DNA of 64,000 bases, from positions 81,158,001 through 81,222,000 of the forward strand of contig OZ024741.1 in NCBI GenBank assembly GCA_964016885.1, read 5' to 3'. The position numbers and the translations under genes were made by a program. This document shows positions 36,971-49,048 of this stretch, one piece after another; positions within the stretch are counted from its first letter, which is position 1; every line of letters starts with the position of its first letter. This stretch comes from Eledone cirrhosa (Eukaryota). The notes below the pieces were generated by a model, which made no database searches, was not told where the DNA came from, and saw only the letters and a program-made list of their open reading frames with translations.

Positions 36971-39931
36971 CCCGATAGAGAGGGGTGCAACAGCCTCAAG
37001 GGGTTACTCGGCCGATTTGACCTGGCCGATAGATTTCGACTAGATTTTCCGACGGTGCCAACCTGGTCTTGGTCAAATCGCAGCGGATCATCTAGATCGT
37101 ACCTAGATAGATTTTTAGTCAGAAATAAGGACAGGGACTTTTTAAGTTGTCCAGAAATGCTCATGGTTGGCTATTCAGACCACAAGTTGGTGACCTGCAT
37201 GGTCAACCTTGATAGAACGCATAGACAGGGCCCCGGTTACTGGAAGCTCAACTTGTCCTTGCCGGCAAGTAGAGCCTACAGGAATCGGATTAGTACGTTA
37301 GTTAAGGAACGGTTGACTGGAGCGATCGTCAACAGCAGGTGGTGGGTATCTCTAAAGAGAGAGATTAGAGTAGTCTCGATAGAATTTAGTAAGGTTCTAG
37401 CTGCGGATAGGAATAGGAAGGAAAGGGAGCTAATAGATAGAGTAGAAGAGGCAATTAGAAGCGGCGACGTGGCCAGAGTGCTAGCGTCGAGAACGGCTTT
37501 GAGCCAGTTTTTCGACGCGAAGCACGAAGGCTGCGTTGTCCGAAGTAAAATACGTGCTCTAGGGAACGAGGGGACCAAAGCTGTTAGCTGGGCCCGCGTG
37601 ACAGAGGCCAACAGTGGAACTAAATCCACCATCCGGTCTTTGCGAGACCTGGATGGACGGGCGCTTCTTGAGCCTAGGCAGATGTGTGAGGCCTTTCAAA
37701 GGCACTTTGCCCAACTGTTTGGGAGGGGCGGGGAGCCGGTTGGGAACGTGGACTTTGGTCCATACCTCGACGGCCTGCCGCGCCTCTCGGACAGGGAGGC
37801 GAAGTCCTGCGAGGAGCCGATTTCGGCCGCTGAGATAGAGGACGTGCTGAGCCAATGCGGCAAACGCAAATCCCCGGGTCTCGATGGTCTTCCTTACGAA
37901 TTATATCTAGCTATGCCGGACTTGTTCCCCGATCTCCTCGAGGCGGTCTACTGCAACTGGCAACAGAACGGGAGAATTCCCTGTACTGTGACCAAGGGCG
38001 TAGTCATGCTAGTGAGGAAGGACGAGAACAAGGGGGACGAAATAAGTAACTTCAGGCCCATAACTCTGCTAAATACAGAGTTACAGATTTTGGCCAAGGT
38101 GCTAGCAAAGAGGTTGGCGCTTGTCGTGGGCAACCTGGTGGGAGATGCGCAGACATGCACTATCCCGTCCAGGTCCATCCATGACAACCTCCACCTCATG
38201 CGATACATCATAGAGAGGGTTGGGAACGAACCCGGCTTTGGTGGGGCTCTGATCAACTTGGATCAATCTAAGGCGTTCGATAGGGTCGACCATGGTTACC
38301 TGGATGCGGTGCTAGCGGCGGCAGGCTTCGGACCCGTTTTCAGGGGCTGGATCACTGCTATGCACAGCAGCCGCATCTGCTCTAGGGTCAAGGTGAACGG
38401 CTACCGCTCGGAGCCGTTCAAAATCGCGCGGTCCATCCGACAAGGGTGCCCTCTCTCCTCCCTTCTGTATGTGTTGACTCTCGAGCCACTACTGCGGAAG
38501 TTGGAGTTGTTGCAGGGCATCCCTTTGGAACCGGGATTGCGGAAAGCGGTGTCAGCCTACGCCGATGACGTGACAGTAATGGTGTCGACGGCCTCCGAAA
38601 TCGAGGCACCTTACTGGAGGAGTACAAAAAGTTCACAGGGGCTAAGCTGAACCAGGACAAGTCGATCGGTTTGCAACTCGGCACGTGGAGGGGCAGACCG
38701 ATGCCCTCCGATGGCGTCGTCGGACGCTGGACGGAGGGCCCGGTGAAGTTGCTCGGGGTCTGGTTCGGACCGGACCTCCAGGTGGAGAAAAACTGGGCGG
38801 AGGTTACGAACAGGGTGTTTGCACTGACCCAGAAGTGGGCCAGTTGCAAACTATCCCTGAAAGGTCGGGCGGAGGTGGCGAACACTTATATAGCGTCCGT
38901 CATCTACTACCGCCTGACTGTAGTGCCCTGCCCAAGGGAAACCCTCACCAAGATGGAGCGCGCGCTCTTCCAATTCCTTTGGAAGAGGCGGGCTCCTATG
39001 GTGAGGAGATCCATCTGCTGTCAACACCCTTCGAAAGGAGGGCTGGGGATGCCGTGGCTAATGATGCGTAAACACGCATTAAGGCTACGGCACCTCTACG
39101 TATTCCTCACCGGACAACCGGTGTGGGCCTCGTTTGTGAGACGAACCTTTCCCAGACTCGTCTCACTCACCGAGCTGCAATCCTAGGTCAAGCAAAGACC
39201 GAGAAAACTGGGCGCCTGGCACACTGAGTGTGCCCAGGCGCTCACCGCCCTCTGGCAGGCGGATCCGGTTATCAGTGGAGACTCCACCGCAACATTCTAT
39301 AGAGGGCTGGTACGCAGCAGGTGCGACGACGCCCTCGGAGAAGCCCTAGACATGGAGGAGGACGAACTGGCCAGCCTGTTCGGTAGGACATTCAGCCCGG
39401 GACCTATGGACAACTTCCAGAAGTCCCTGGCCTGGCAGTGCTACCGAGGGGCTTTACCCGTTCGAGAAAGGCTCTACAGACACGGGCGCCCGGGTAGGGA
39501 CCCCGCCAAAAAGATGTCCCAGATGCGTGTGCGACGAGGAAACCGTTGCACACGCATTGGTACACTGCTCGGGCGTAGCCGATCTGTGGGGCTATGTCGA
39601 ACAACTGCTGTCAAGGGTGGGACCGATCCGGTTGACCACCGAGTCTATTGTAATGATCAAGCCGCCTCCCCCCTTCAAAGATGAAGCAGAGGCGGTGTTT
39701 CTGTGCGTAATAGCCATGGCGAAAGAGGTTGTATGGTGGACGCGTCTGAAAGGACTGAGGTCAGGCACCTTTCTCTCTGGCCAACAACTGGTCCGTTTCT
39801 TCCGATATCATTTCGGAAGAAGGATCAGGATGGAGAGAGAGGTGCTGCACCCCAGTCGTTTTTATGAAAGGTGGGTGAAAGTGGCGAGAATGGCCCGTGT
39901 GAATGGGCCTTCTCTTTACATAAGCCTGTAG
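36971..39931 (+). pseudogene. Tx1 ORF2 with a few frameshifts and stops (~38610, 39184-39186, ~39500)
   Basis: ORFs 36731-38650 (first ~80 aa are microsatellite read-through), 38671-39186, 39352-39684, 39527-39931. Confidence 0.9.
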
Positions 39932-40195
39932 GTGGAAAAGAGGAAGGAACGAGGGAGCACCCCCTCTCTGTGCTCCTGAGGAAAAGGGTTGCACACTTTT
40001 TTCGGGGGTGTGTGCGACCCCCCAAGGCGCCTCCTCTCTATTGAGGATTTTGTTATAAATTTTATTTTTTGTTATATCTTATTTTATTTTTATATTTTGT
40101 TATTGCCTCCTCCTTATTGAGGACGCCTTTTTGTGTAAACTCCCCCCTTTGTACTTGTCCCACTTTTGATGCCCTAGTGGCAAATAAAAGAAACA
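36971..40195 (+). mobile_element. 5'-truncated Tx1-clade (L1 superfamily) LINE with a 19-bp TSD
   Basis: End of APE (SRSYLDRFLV, YSDHKLV, GPGYWKLN), RT (KSPGLDGLPYE, NFRPITLLN, LDQSKAFDRVDH, RQGCPLS, AYADDVT), C-terminal zinc knuckle (C..CDEETVAHALVHC), 3' UTR with AATAAA; TATCTATTTGTCTGTCAGT at 36952-36970 and 40196-40214; markedly more GC-rich than its flanks. Confidence 0.93.
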
Positions 40196-40589
40196 TATCT
40201 ATTTGTCTGTCAGTTCACCTATCTGACTATTTATTTATCTATCTAATTATTTGTTAGTTTGTCTGCCTATATTTGTCTATCTAATCATTTGTTTAGCTGT
40301 CTGCCAGTCAACCTGTCTATTTCTGTTTATTTTTCCCACATCTTTTCTTAGCCTAAAAAAACATTCAAGTTATAAGACTTTAATGGTGAAGATGATAGTA
40401 GTGTTGATGTGCAAATGAACAACATTTAATGCATAAACTGAATGTGGAGATATTCATGGTGCTCATCAGTAACATGTTGGTTGTGAAAACATCCCTGATT
40501 CCTAAAATGTATAATACAATGGGGTAGACCCATTGCGGTCAGAGTGAATTTTGGATAACACACAGACAGGAATTCGTATTATATATATA

Positions 40590-40917
40590 CTAGCAGATTT
40601 ACCTGGCGTTGCCCAGGGTTTGAAATGCAACAAAGAATAAACAAGAAACAAACGATAATATTAGTGATTTATCATCAAATGAATCTGATGTTTATATTTG
40701 TCAATAAAGTTAGTTATCTCCCTTACATCAATTTTGATATCGATTTTTTTTATTGCTCAACGTGGATCAATTTGAAAAATGTTTGTGATGTGACCATCTT
40801 AGCGACCTGTGCAACATGCACAGAACATTTGATCAAATTCGGTTGGTAATTGTAAAAGCCTTAGGTATCCAAAGTTGTACACAGACACACACACATCCTC
40901 GCTTTTATATATATAGA
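40590..40917 (-). mobile_element. Non-autonomous Helitron related to 32240-32761
   Basis: Plus strand A|CTAGCAGATTTACCTGGCGTTGCCCAGG (3' hairpin and CTAG reversed) ... CACACATCCTCGCTTTTATATATATAGA. Confidence 0.83.
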
Positions 40918-40944
40918 AGATATATATATATATATATATATATA

Positions 40945-41272
40945 TCATCATTAGCATTTTACGTCCGCTTTTCCCTGCTTGCAAGGGTGGGACGGGAACT
41001 GATTCTGGCTTGATTTCTACAGCTGAATGCCCTTCCTAACACCAACCTCATTTACAGTGGGTGGTGGGTGCTTTTTTGCCGTGGCACCACCACGACCACT
41101 TTGCAGTGGAATGATAGGGACCCCAGTCCTATCATCTCATTTCTACAGCTGAGTAAACTGGAGCAATGTGAAATAAAGTGTCTTGTTCAAGGAAACAACA
41201 CATCACCCGGTCTGAGAATTGAACTCACAACCTTTTGATTGCAAGGCCAATGCTCTAACCAGTAAGTCATAT
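40945..41272 (-). mobile_element. SINE family A, full length
   Basis: Reverse complement of 35519-35865. Confidence 0.93.
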
Positions 41273-41429
41273 ATTGATGTTGTGGTATTATTATGGCCAC
41301 ATGTTTTTGGTCGCTTTATTCTTCGTGTCACACTTTATTAACTTTTTGTGATTGAATGCTTTTATGACTGCCTCAAACAATTTGATTGGTGTCTGCTCTA
41401 CTGCAGCTAAAACTTCAATTTATACCTAT

Positions 41430-41602
41430 GGTAGTATCGATAGGGTGTCAGACACTGCTTTGCAGCATAGAGTTATAGCTCTTTATGGTCTGATTTCAAA
41501 TCCTGCCGAGGTTAGCTTTGCCTTTATCCTTACAGGGTCGATAAAATAAAGTACCAGTAATGCACTAGGGTAATTGCTGGTCTTGTGCCAGAAGTAGAAA
41601 CA
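41430..41602 (+). mobile_element. SINE family B
   Basis: Matches 52483-52680. Confidence 0.85.
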
Positions 41603-42019
41603 TTATATATATATATACTAGCAGAAATACTCTTCTCACTGGATTTTTCTGTTAGTATATATCTGCACGTTTCATAATATATCTATCAATGTATACAAAC
41701 ATGAAAATAGAAAACTACATTTTTTACCGCAATGACATATTTTGTCTTGCAGTTTATTTAATTTAAAACAACATTTATTCTCTACAAAAGGTCATCAACT
41801 CACAACTTAATTATGCAAAGATGGCATATGAACCAATCTTCGATGAGATGTGAACCTGTACTAACTATCAATTTAAATTGCTCTCAGTTATGCCATAGCC
41901 ATTATTCTAGGAGTCAACAGAGCGGTGAATCATTTATAAATGAAAAGGCAAATTTTCTATTGTGACAGGAAAACAATACAAACTTGCAGCAACACATTTG
42001 ATTTTGTAAGTATATTTAC

Positions 42020-42258
42020 TATGGACATGTGGTTATAATGCCTCAGGAAAGAATTGCTAGACAGATTTTATGGGCAAAACCAACCGGTGGTAGACCCTGA
42101 GCAAGATGATTGGATAACATCCATGAGTTTGGCTGGTCTCGCTTGGGCATCCAGCCGGATCAGTTGGAGATGGTTGCTTCTGATAGGACCCGCTGAAAGG
42201 AGTGTCTGAGGACTCTGCCCCCACGACCCTCTCAGGAATAAGTCGGCAAAGAAGAAGG
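42020..42258 (+). mobile_element. 3' end of another RTE-clade LINE (Expander/Rex3-like)
   Basis: GHVVIMPQERIARQILWAKPTG GRP.ARW.DNI...W.RLGI...LPPRP, then stop and a (GAA)n-like tail. Confidence 0.7.
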
Positions 42259-42266
42259 TTTATTTA

Positions 42267-42577
42267 CTCTTGGGCCTTGAATAATCCCCCCACTCTGCTT
42301 ATAAATTTTTCAGACTCCCCTATCCCCCCATCCCAGTTTATTAAATACTGCTCATGTATCTTTGGTGAAATATTATTTTAAGTGTTAACATTCCTGCGAC
42401 AATTTTCTTTATACATGACAAAAAAATAAATAGGATGGGTTGGGGTCTCAATATGTAAGCTAAATGACTAATTTTGGTTTTAAAAAAAAAATCAATGGAG
42501 ACAACCTAAAAAAAATTACCGATTCCCTTCCCCCTGCTTATTCTAAACTCCTCCCTCTATTATTTGGGACCCGAGAG
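42267..42577. mobile_element. MITE with ~19-bp TIRs and TA flanks
   Basis: TA|CTCTTGGGCCTTGAATAAT ... ATTATTTGGGACCCGAGAG|TA. Confidence 0.7.
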
Positions 42578-42896
42578 TACAATACTTAAGTACAATAATT
42601 ATAATTTCTGAAACAAGAAAGCCATGTGGATATGTGTACAGAAATTCGCATTAAGCTTATAGATAATTTTGGAGTTATACTTGTCTAGCAAGTGACTTGG
42701 TCTGAGACAATATGTTGAAACTAAAGTAATTACAGGGAAGAAGAGTTATAGCCATTCTAATAACAGCTTTCATGTTTTTTTAAATCGCTAAATTGACTCT
42801 TCCACAATGTAATTATGATATACACACTCAAACAAGCTGCAAATCTGACTTATTTTCAATATATATATATATCATCATCATCATTGTGTATGTATG

Positions 42897-42948
<52 letters not shown>

Positions 42949-42950
<2 letters not shown>

Positions 42951-44255
42951 AGGTGCGGATGATATTTGGTTGGAAGATTACTGTCTAGGAAAAAATAACA
43001 CAGTAGTTTTATTTTTTAAGATATATATATCAAACATGGGTCAGTTTGTCTTCATGACTTGTTCTTTCGATCTCACTCGATAAACCCGCCATTGGCTTTG
43101 ATGACGGCCTCAAGGCAGCCTCGGAACCAGCTACAGGCCTTCGTCACTGTCCCCCGACTTAGGCCCCTAAAGGCACTTGTGATCCTGGCTTTCAGATCAT
43201 CTTTCGTATTGCAGCTAGATCTGTTGGTGTCTCGTTCCACTGCGCCCCACACAAAGAAGTCAAGGGGGTTGCAGTCAGGCGAGCTGGGAGGCCAGATATC
43301 AGGTGAAGTGTGGTCGATGAAGTTCTCTGACAGCCAGGCTTGGGTCTTTCGGCTGGTATGGCAGGGCACTGAGTCTTGCTGCCACACGTACGGCCTACCT
43401 GCAGCTATCTGGTCGATACAGGGCTTTACTACTTCGCTCAGAACGCGGATGTAGCCATAGGTGTTCAGCTTGAGGCCCTCAGGGAAGAAGTGAGGTGGCA
43501 TGACGTCACCTTGACTGCTGACGACACCTAAGACCAATGTTGTCGCTGGAAACTTTGTCTGCATGACTCTGGGCACGTCTTTGGATGAGACAGCGAGCCA
43601 CCTGTTGTTCTGGGAGTTGATCTTCTGGTCTTGGCAGAAGTTTTTCTCGTCGGAGAAAAACCACAGCATGTCTGGCTCCAGTGGGTGTTTCAACTTGTTG
43701 ATCAGCTTCTTTGCGTGCTTCAGTCGCTTTTCTTGCATCGCCTTTGACAGAAATTCTCCTTTCCTCATATTGTATGAAATGTAGCGAATGTCTTCATGTA
43801 CCACCAGCCTAATGAGCTTTTCATCCACGCCTTCCTCCCTTGCAATGGCACGTATTGACTTGCTAGGTTCATTGTTGATGATATCCTGAACTTCAGCGAC
43901 GAACTCGGGCATTCTGAAGGCGTCAGATCGTCGATCATGTGTTTTCCTCTCTGATGTTGCTTCATAGTCGAATCCTGAATCTTCCAATTCCTTTCTGACC
44001 TTTTCCACCATTCTCCTGCTGACGCTGAGAAAGTCTGAAATTTCCTTATTTGTCCTCCCGGCGCAGATTCCAAGAAGAACTCCGTGTCTCTTCCACAAAT
44101 TTGGAGGTTCAAAATTATTCATAATCAATTATTCTGAAAATAAATAATGGAAATATAGTCACTGTTTTTATGAAGACAAGAGTGACAACGGAAGTAAAAA
44201 AATTTTGCATAAAATTAGCAGTTGAAAATTGTGAACAAATATCGGCCACACCCTG
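42949..44255 (-). mobile_element. Full-length Tc1/mariner DD37D (maT) transposon, ~1.3 kb
   Basis: Imperfect TIRs CAAGGTGCGGATGATATTTGG / CAGGGTGTGGCCGATATTTG; TA on both sides; open transposase ORF. Confidence 0.95.
43073..44128 (-). CDS. DD37D (maT) transposase, 351 aa, uninterrupted
   Basis: N-terminal HTH; FSDEKNF (D1), WQQDSVPCH (D2), SPDCNPLDF (D3) with 37 residues counted between D2 and D3. Confidence 0.93.
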   Translation of the reverse strand: MIMNNFEPPNLWKRHGVLLGICAGRTNKEISDFLSVSRRMVEKVRKELEDSGFDYEATSERKTHDRRSDAFRMPEFVAEVQDIINNEPSKSIRAIAREEGVDEKLIRLVVHEDIRYISYNMRKGEFLSKAMQEKRLKHAKKLINKLKHPLEPDMLWFFSDEKNFCQDQKINSQNNRWLAVSSKDVPRVMQTKFPATTLVLGVVSSQGDVMPPHFFPEGLKLNTYGYIRVLSEVVKPCIDQIAAGRPYVWQQDSVPCHTSRKTQAWLSENFIDHTSPDIWPPSSPDCNPLDFFVWGAVERDTNRSSCNTKDDLKARITSAFRGLSRGTVTKACSWFRGCLEAVIKANGGFIE

Positions 44256-44259
44256 TATG

Positions 44260-44297
<38 letters not shown>

Positions 44298-45439
44298 GTC
44301 AGAGAAAGAAAGAGAGCAAGAAAGACAATGTGAGAGAGATATAGAGAATAAAAGAGAGAAATACCAAGAGTAGATAGACGGATAGATATAGAGAGATGGG
44401 CAGTGATCGATGTAAATGTAACAAACTAGTGTAAGTCTTGATCAGTTGTGAGTAAACTGAAGCTTGTAACCTAATCTAAAATTACCTTGAACGTTTAAGT
44501 AATGTGGCCCACCTCGTGATGAGCCATATCTCATATGGTCTACTCTAGATATTTTGCTTCAAAATTTAGTGTATGTCTGTGTGTTTTGGAAAGAATTCAG
44601 CTCAAAGACCCATACAGCAGACAGGCCAACTCATACACACATATACCAGTTGCTCGATCAATAGAATGGCCTGCATGCCACAGACACGTGTATCCTCAAT
44701 AAAGTTCATGAGGAGATCCAGCATGGCAGAGTGTATAACAAGGCTGGCCATTTGCATTACAAATAAACTCCATCTGACAGGCTTCTAAAGAGTTTCTGTG
44801 TACTGTTTCACCCACAAGGCTTGGGTAAACCCAATGCTATGGCAAATGACATTTACCCATGATGTCCCAGGTGGATTGAACCTAGAACCTAAAATAACTG
44901 CAAAGTGAACTTCTTAACAATATGGCCATGCTGTACCCCCCCCCCCCCACCACCACACACAGACTAACTTGCTGCTAGTCAGATTATTAATTAATCTTGA
45001 ACTTAAATTAGTTTGCAGCAAATAAGATAATTATTGCAGAGCCTAATTACAGATTAACAGAGATTATTAACAAATTGTATTACTGATTATTTTATACATA
45101 GAGTTTGGATTGGTTACTATGGTAACTATGGTAGCTGACAGCATGTAAAGTAACAAATGGAAACAAGTTATTAACAGCTTTAGAGACACACAGAGACATG
45201 CACACAAACACAGACATATGCACAGAAACAGAAATACAAATACATACACAGCTACACATCTAAAATTAAGGAATTTCAACACAATAAGATTGAATAGACT
45301 GAAAAGATTATGCTGATAATGAATATGCAAGACCACACGGCTGGGAAGCAAACGCCTTAGTCATACAACTGTATGGACGCTCGACCCGCTAGGAACAGTA
45401 GCTAAACTTCCACCCTCAAATCCAATGATGATTATTATC

Positions 45440-45890
45440 ACGGGGTCGATAAAATAAAAGTACCAGTAATGCACTGGGATAATTGTTGGCCATGTGCCAA
45501 AAGTAGAAACAATTATTATTAAGAGTGGTCAGACAGTAGATTGGTAGCATCAGAAGAGAATCGGACAAAATACTTTCTTCATTCTGAGTTCAATTCCTTA
45601 CCAAGGTCAATTTTAACTTTTATCTTTCTGGGGTTGATAAAATAAAATACCAGTTAAGGATTGGGGTCAATGTAATTACATTACCCTCCCCCAAATTACT
45701 GTCCATGTGCCAAATTTAGAAAGAACTATTGGGGGTGGTGAATTGCCAGAACTATTAGAGTGTCAGACAAAATGCTTTGCAGTATTTATTCCAGCTCTTT
45801 ATAATTTCAGATCAAATCCTGCTGGGGTTGATAAAATAAAATACCAGTCGAGTATTGGGATTGCTGGCCCTGTGCCTAAATTAGAAACCA
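45440..45890 (+). mobile_element. Three tandem, partly degenerate SINE family B copies
   Basis: Repeated GGGGT(C/T)GATAAAATAAA.TACCAGT...TGTGCC.AA.TTAGAAAC. Confidence 0.8.
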
Positions 45891-46057
45891 TTATAATCAT
45901 TATTATTATTGTTACTCAATCAACTAACAGTTGCCTTGCAGTTAGGGAGCTGGACTCATGATCATATGGTAATGAGTATGATTCCTTGACTAGAGTCCCT
46001 ACAATTAAAACATCTAAGGTTGCATCCTATGAATACATGCATAAATGTGTGTGTGTG

Positions 46058-46105
<48 letters not shown>

Positions 46106-46121
46106 ATATATGTGTGTGTGT

Positions 46122-46615
46122 AAAGTAAAAACCTACTACAGTCAGTAGGCACCTCTATCAAAACACACCCCCGTCCCACCACCTCCACCCCACCCACACC
46201 GCCCCTTTCAATGTAAAGTTATGTTGGTCCCACAACATCCAGGCCGAAACAAATGAGATCGTGTAGGTGTCACGACAAAAAACACACAGTCCACGCTGTA
46301 AATGTGGCCGTGTAGGCAACACGGTAAAAACCTCCCAGCCCCACACTTTAAATGTGGTTGGTGTTAGGAAGGGCATCCAGCTGTAGAAAACCCGCCAGAC
46401 AGTCCACGCTGTAATGTGGCCGTGTAGGCAACACGGTAAAAACCTCCCAGCCCCACACTGTAAATGTGGTTGGTGTTAGGAAGGGCATCCAACTGTAGAA
46501 AACCCGCCAGACAGTCCTATGCGAGCAAGACAACCACTCTTGCCTCAAGTGGGAAAACCCCCGTCCAAACCCATGCAAGCGTGGAACACGGACGCTAAAC
46601 CTGATGATGATGATG
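46122..46615 (+). mobile_element. RTE 3' UTR-only insertion (family of 3856-7497) with an internal ~123-bp tandem duplication
   Basis: Matches 7123-7497; the block CAGTCCACGCTGTA...CCCGCCAGA is present twice. Confidence 0.92.
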
Positions 46616-48834
46616 AACATTCTTCTACTTTTCACATACATTACATATGCAAGCTTATAGACACATACAATGAGCATGTTCAAACCAGCACAAACACATT
46701 TATACACAAATGATGCCAACTTGTGTGCTGATTGATTCCAACATGACAGAACTGAAATAAATTTCAGGAAGCACACGCATGCACACACACATTCACACCT
46801 GTATATACATCATGTACATACATGCCAACCCCTACATATTCATACAGCCCTCCCCACACTCACACACACATATACATATCTGGCCTGTGGATTGCTATTG
46901 TGACTAACAATGAACCAATTCTAAATTTGATGAAGAATTGGAAAAGAAAAACGGGGAGGGAGAAAAAGAAAGGGAAAAAATATATCCTTGAGAAATCTAA
47001 GACACTTTCTTTAACACATTGAAAAAGCTGTCTAATAAGACATGTTTTTTGTTAGCTCAAGGCTCTAGGACAGAGAGTCAAAGGAGGAGGGGGGGGGGTC
47101 CGTTAGTCTACTGTACACTATTCTAAGAACACTGGTAGGAAAGGATTACAAAAGATTTAACCCTTTTGATACTGACGAGGCCAAAACCATCTGTGGGTCT
47201 ATGAAAAAGAAAAAGAAAACCAAAAACACTCATTTGAACCCTTTCGTTGTTGTATTTCTAAAAAAGTACCCTACCTATGAGTTTCAATTATTATCAAAAT
47301 CATAAAAAGTTTGGAGGAATTTAATAACAATTTGTTCATTATTAAGCTGATGTTTGGAACATTACCTAAAAAACATTTCTTTAAAAAAATGTTTATGGAA
47401 GGTTTTAATATATAAAACATCTTGACAGATGCCGCAGCCATACACTGAGGTGACCATAGAGGCGACGGGAAGGAATGTAGGCAATCTAAAGATTAAAGGG
47501 ACCATTTTCATCAGCTGAATAAAACCAGATATAAATAATAAGTCAGAAATGAACGAGACAGAATGGTTACTGCAGCGACCCTGCATATGCGCATGTGTTT
47601 TGCAAACACACAGACCAGTTAATGAAGAAAACTCAGATCACACATTTTGTTTTGTCTCGGACTGTTTCACCTTCACATCTGAAAAGAACGTATTAGCCCT
47701 GAAATATTATGTTAAAATACACTGGGTAAAACATAACTTTGTTTTGTTTCAATTGCCCTTCACATTCTTTTACCGCATTGTACTGGCTTTAAAAAAAAAA
47801 TATCAGTCTTTTAATAGATATGAATATTTTGAAATGGGAGTTTTGTTTTATAAAACCAAGGTGGATTCAGGTGGTTTAAGTGAAAATCTTCTGAAGTAAT
47901 TGTTTTGTAAGTTGCTATCTACATAAATAGTTAATAACTTTACTAAGTCCCTCAACTGAAATAGAGTGTATCTCATTAGAAATACCGTCACAAAAAGGTT
48001 AAGCTGAAGTTTAACTATTTTCATACCAAACTACCTGAAACTATCCTTGGTTCTATGATACAAAGATGTTTATTTTAAAAGTGGTTGTCACTACGAAGAG
48101 TTAAAACTTCAATGTATGTAAGCGAGACTAGCCTCTCGATCTGTGTAAGAAGACAGTAGCTCCGATTACGTACTGACTTGATCTGTAATGACTTGCCCAA
48201 CACAAGCCACCATATTGTAAACAACATAATCATGATGATAATTATATTCATCTAAAACCCTTCAATTTTATGTAAGGAATTGTGTGTGTTATGTTTATTC
48301 AACCAGTTCATATATGTGAGTCGTTGTACTTAATAATAATCTATGTATGGTTCATGTGTTTAATATGAAAAGGAAATTTACAGCTCACACCTACATAGGT
48401 TTAGCTGGCCTTATACAAGTTTGCATTTCATAGGAGGTTCCTTGGCTGTTTTCAGAGTCCTAAGTCTTATTAAGAAAAGTAATATGAAATGAAGTGTTGT
48501 GCACAAAAACACAACACACTGCCCAGCTCAAGAATCAAAATCATGACCTTATGAGTGTGAGTTGAACATCCTAACCACTAGGCCACATGCTACCACTATA
48601 TTTAATATGGTTGTGTGCAAAACCTTGTTACATTTCCAATATACTTGAATAAGATCTAAGGAGGATACATTGTCACAAACTTCACAGACATCTTTCCCAT
48701 TGAACATAAAGATTAATTCTGAATTGTAGATAAGGTCAAGTGATTATATATTCATTTGATGCTGGTTGAAATCCAGAAGAATCTGTGTTATTTTTGATGA
48801 TACACTTATACAAACAAAACAAAAGCTGTTACTG

Positions 48835-49048
48835 TTCAGCCCAAAGGCCAATGAAGTATTGGTACCAGCTTTCTGTGATCCGAGTTCAAATCTCGTCAAG
48901 GTCAACACAGCCTTTCATCCTTTTGAGATCAATAAATATAGTACCAGTCAAGTACTCTTTTAAGAACACTGAATAAACTACCGATCAAGTACTCTCTTTC
49001 AAGGTCAATAAATATGTATCAGTCTTTTAAAATCAATGAATAAAATAT
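48835..49048 (+). repeat. Degenerate SINE family B running into a SINE-derived ~35-bp tandem array that resumes at 51562-51695
   Basis: Units TTTTGAGGTCAATAAATAAA.TACCAGTCAAGTACTC on both sides of the RTE. Confidence 0.75.
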
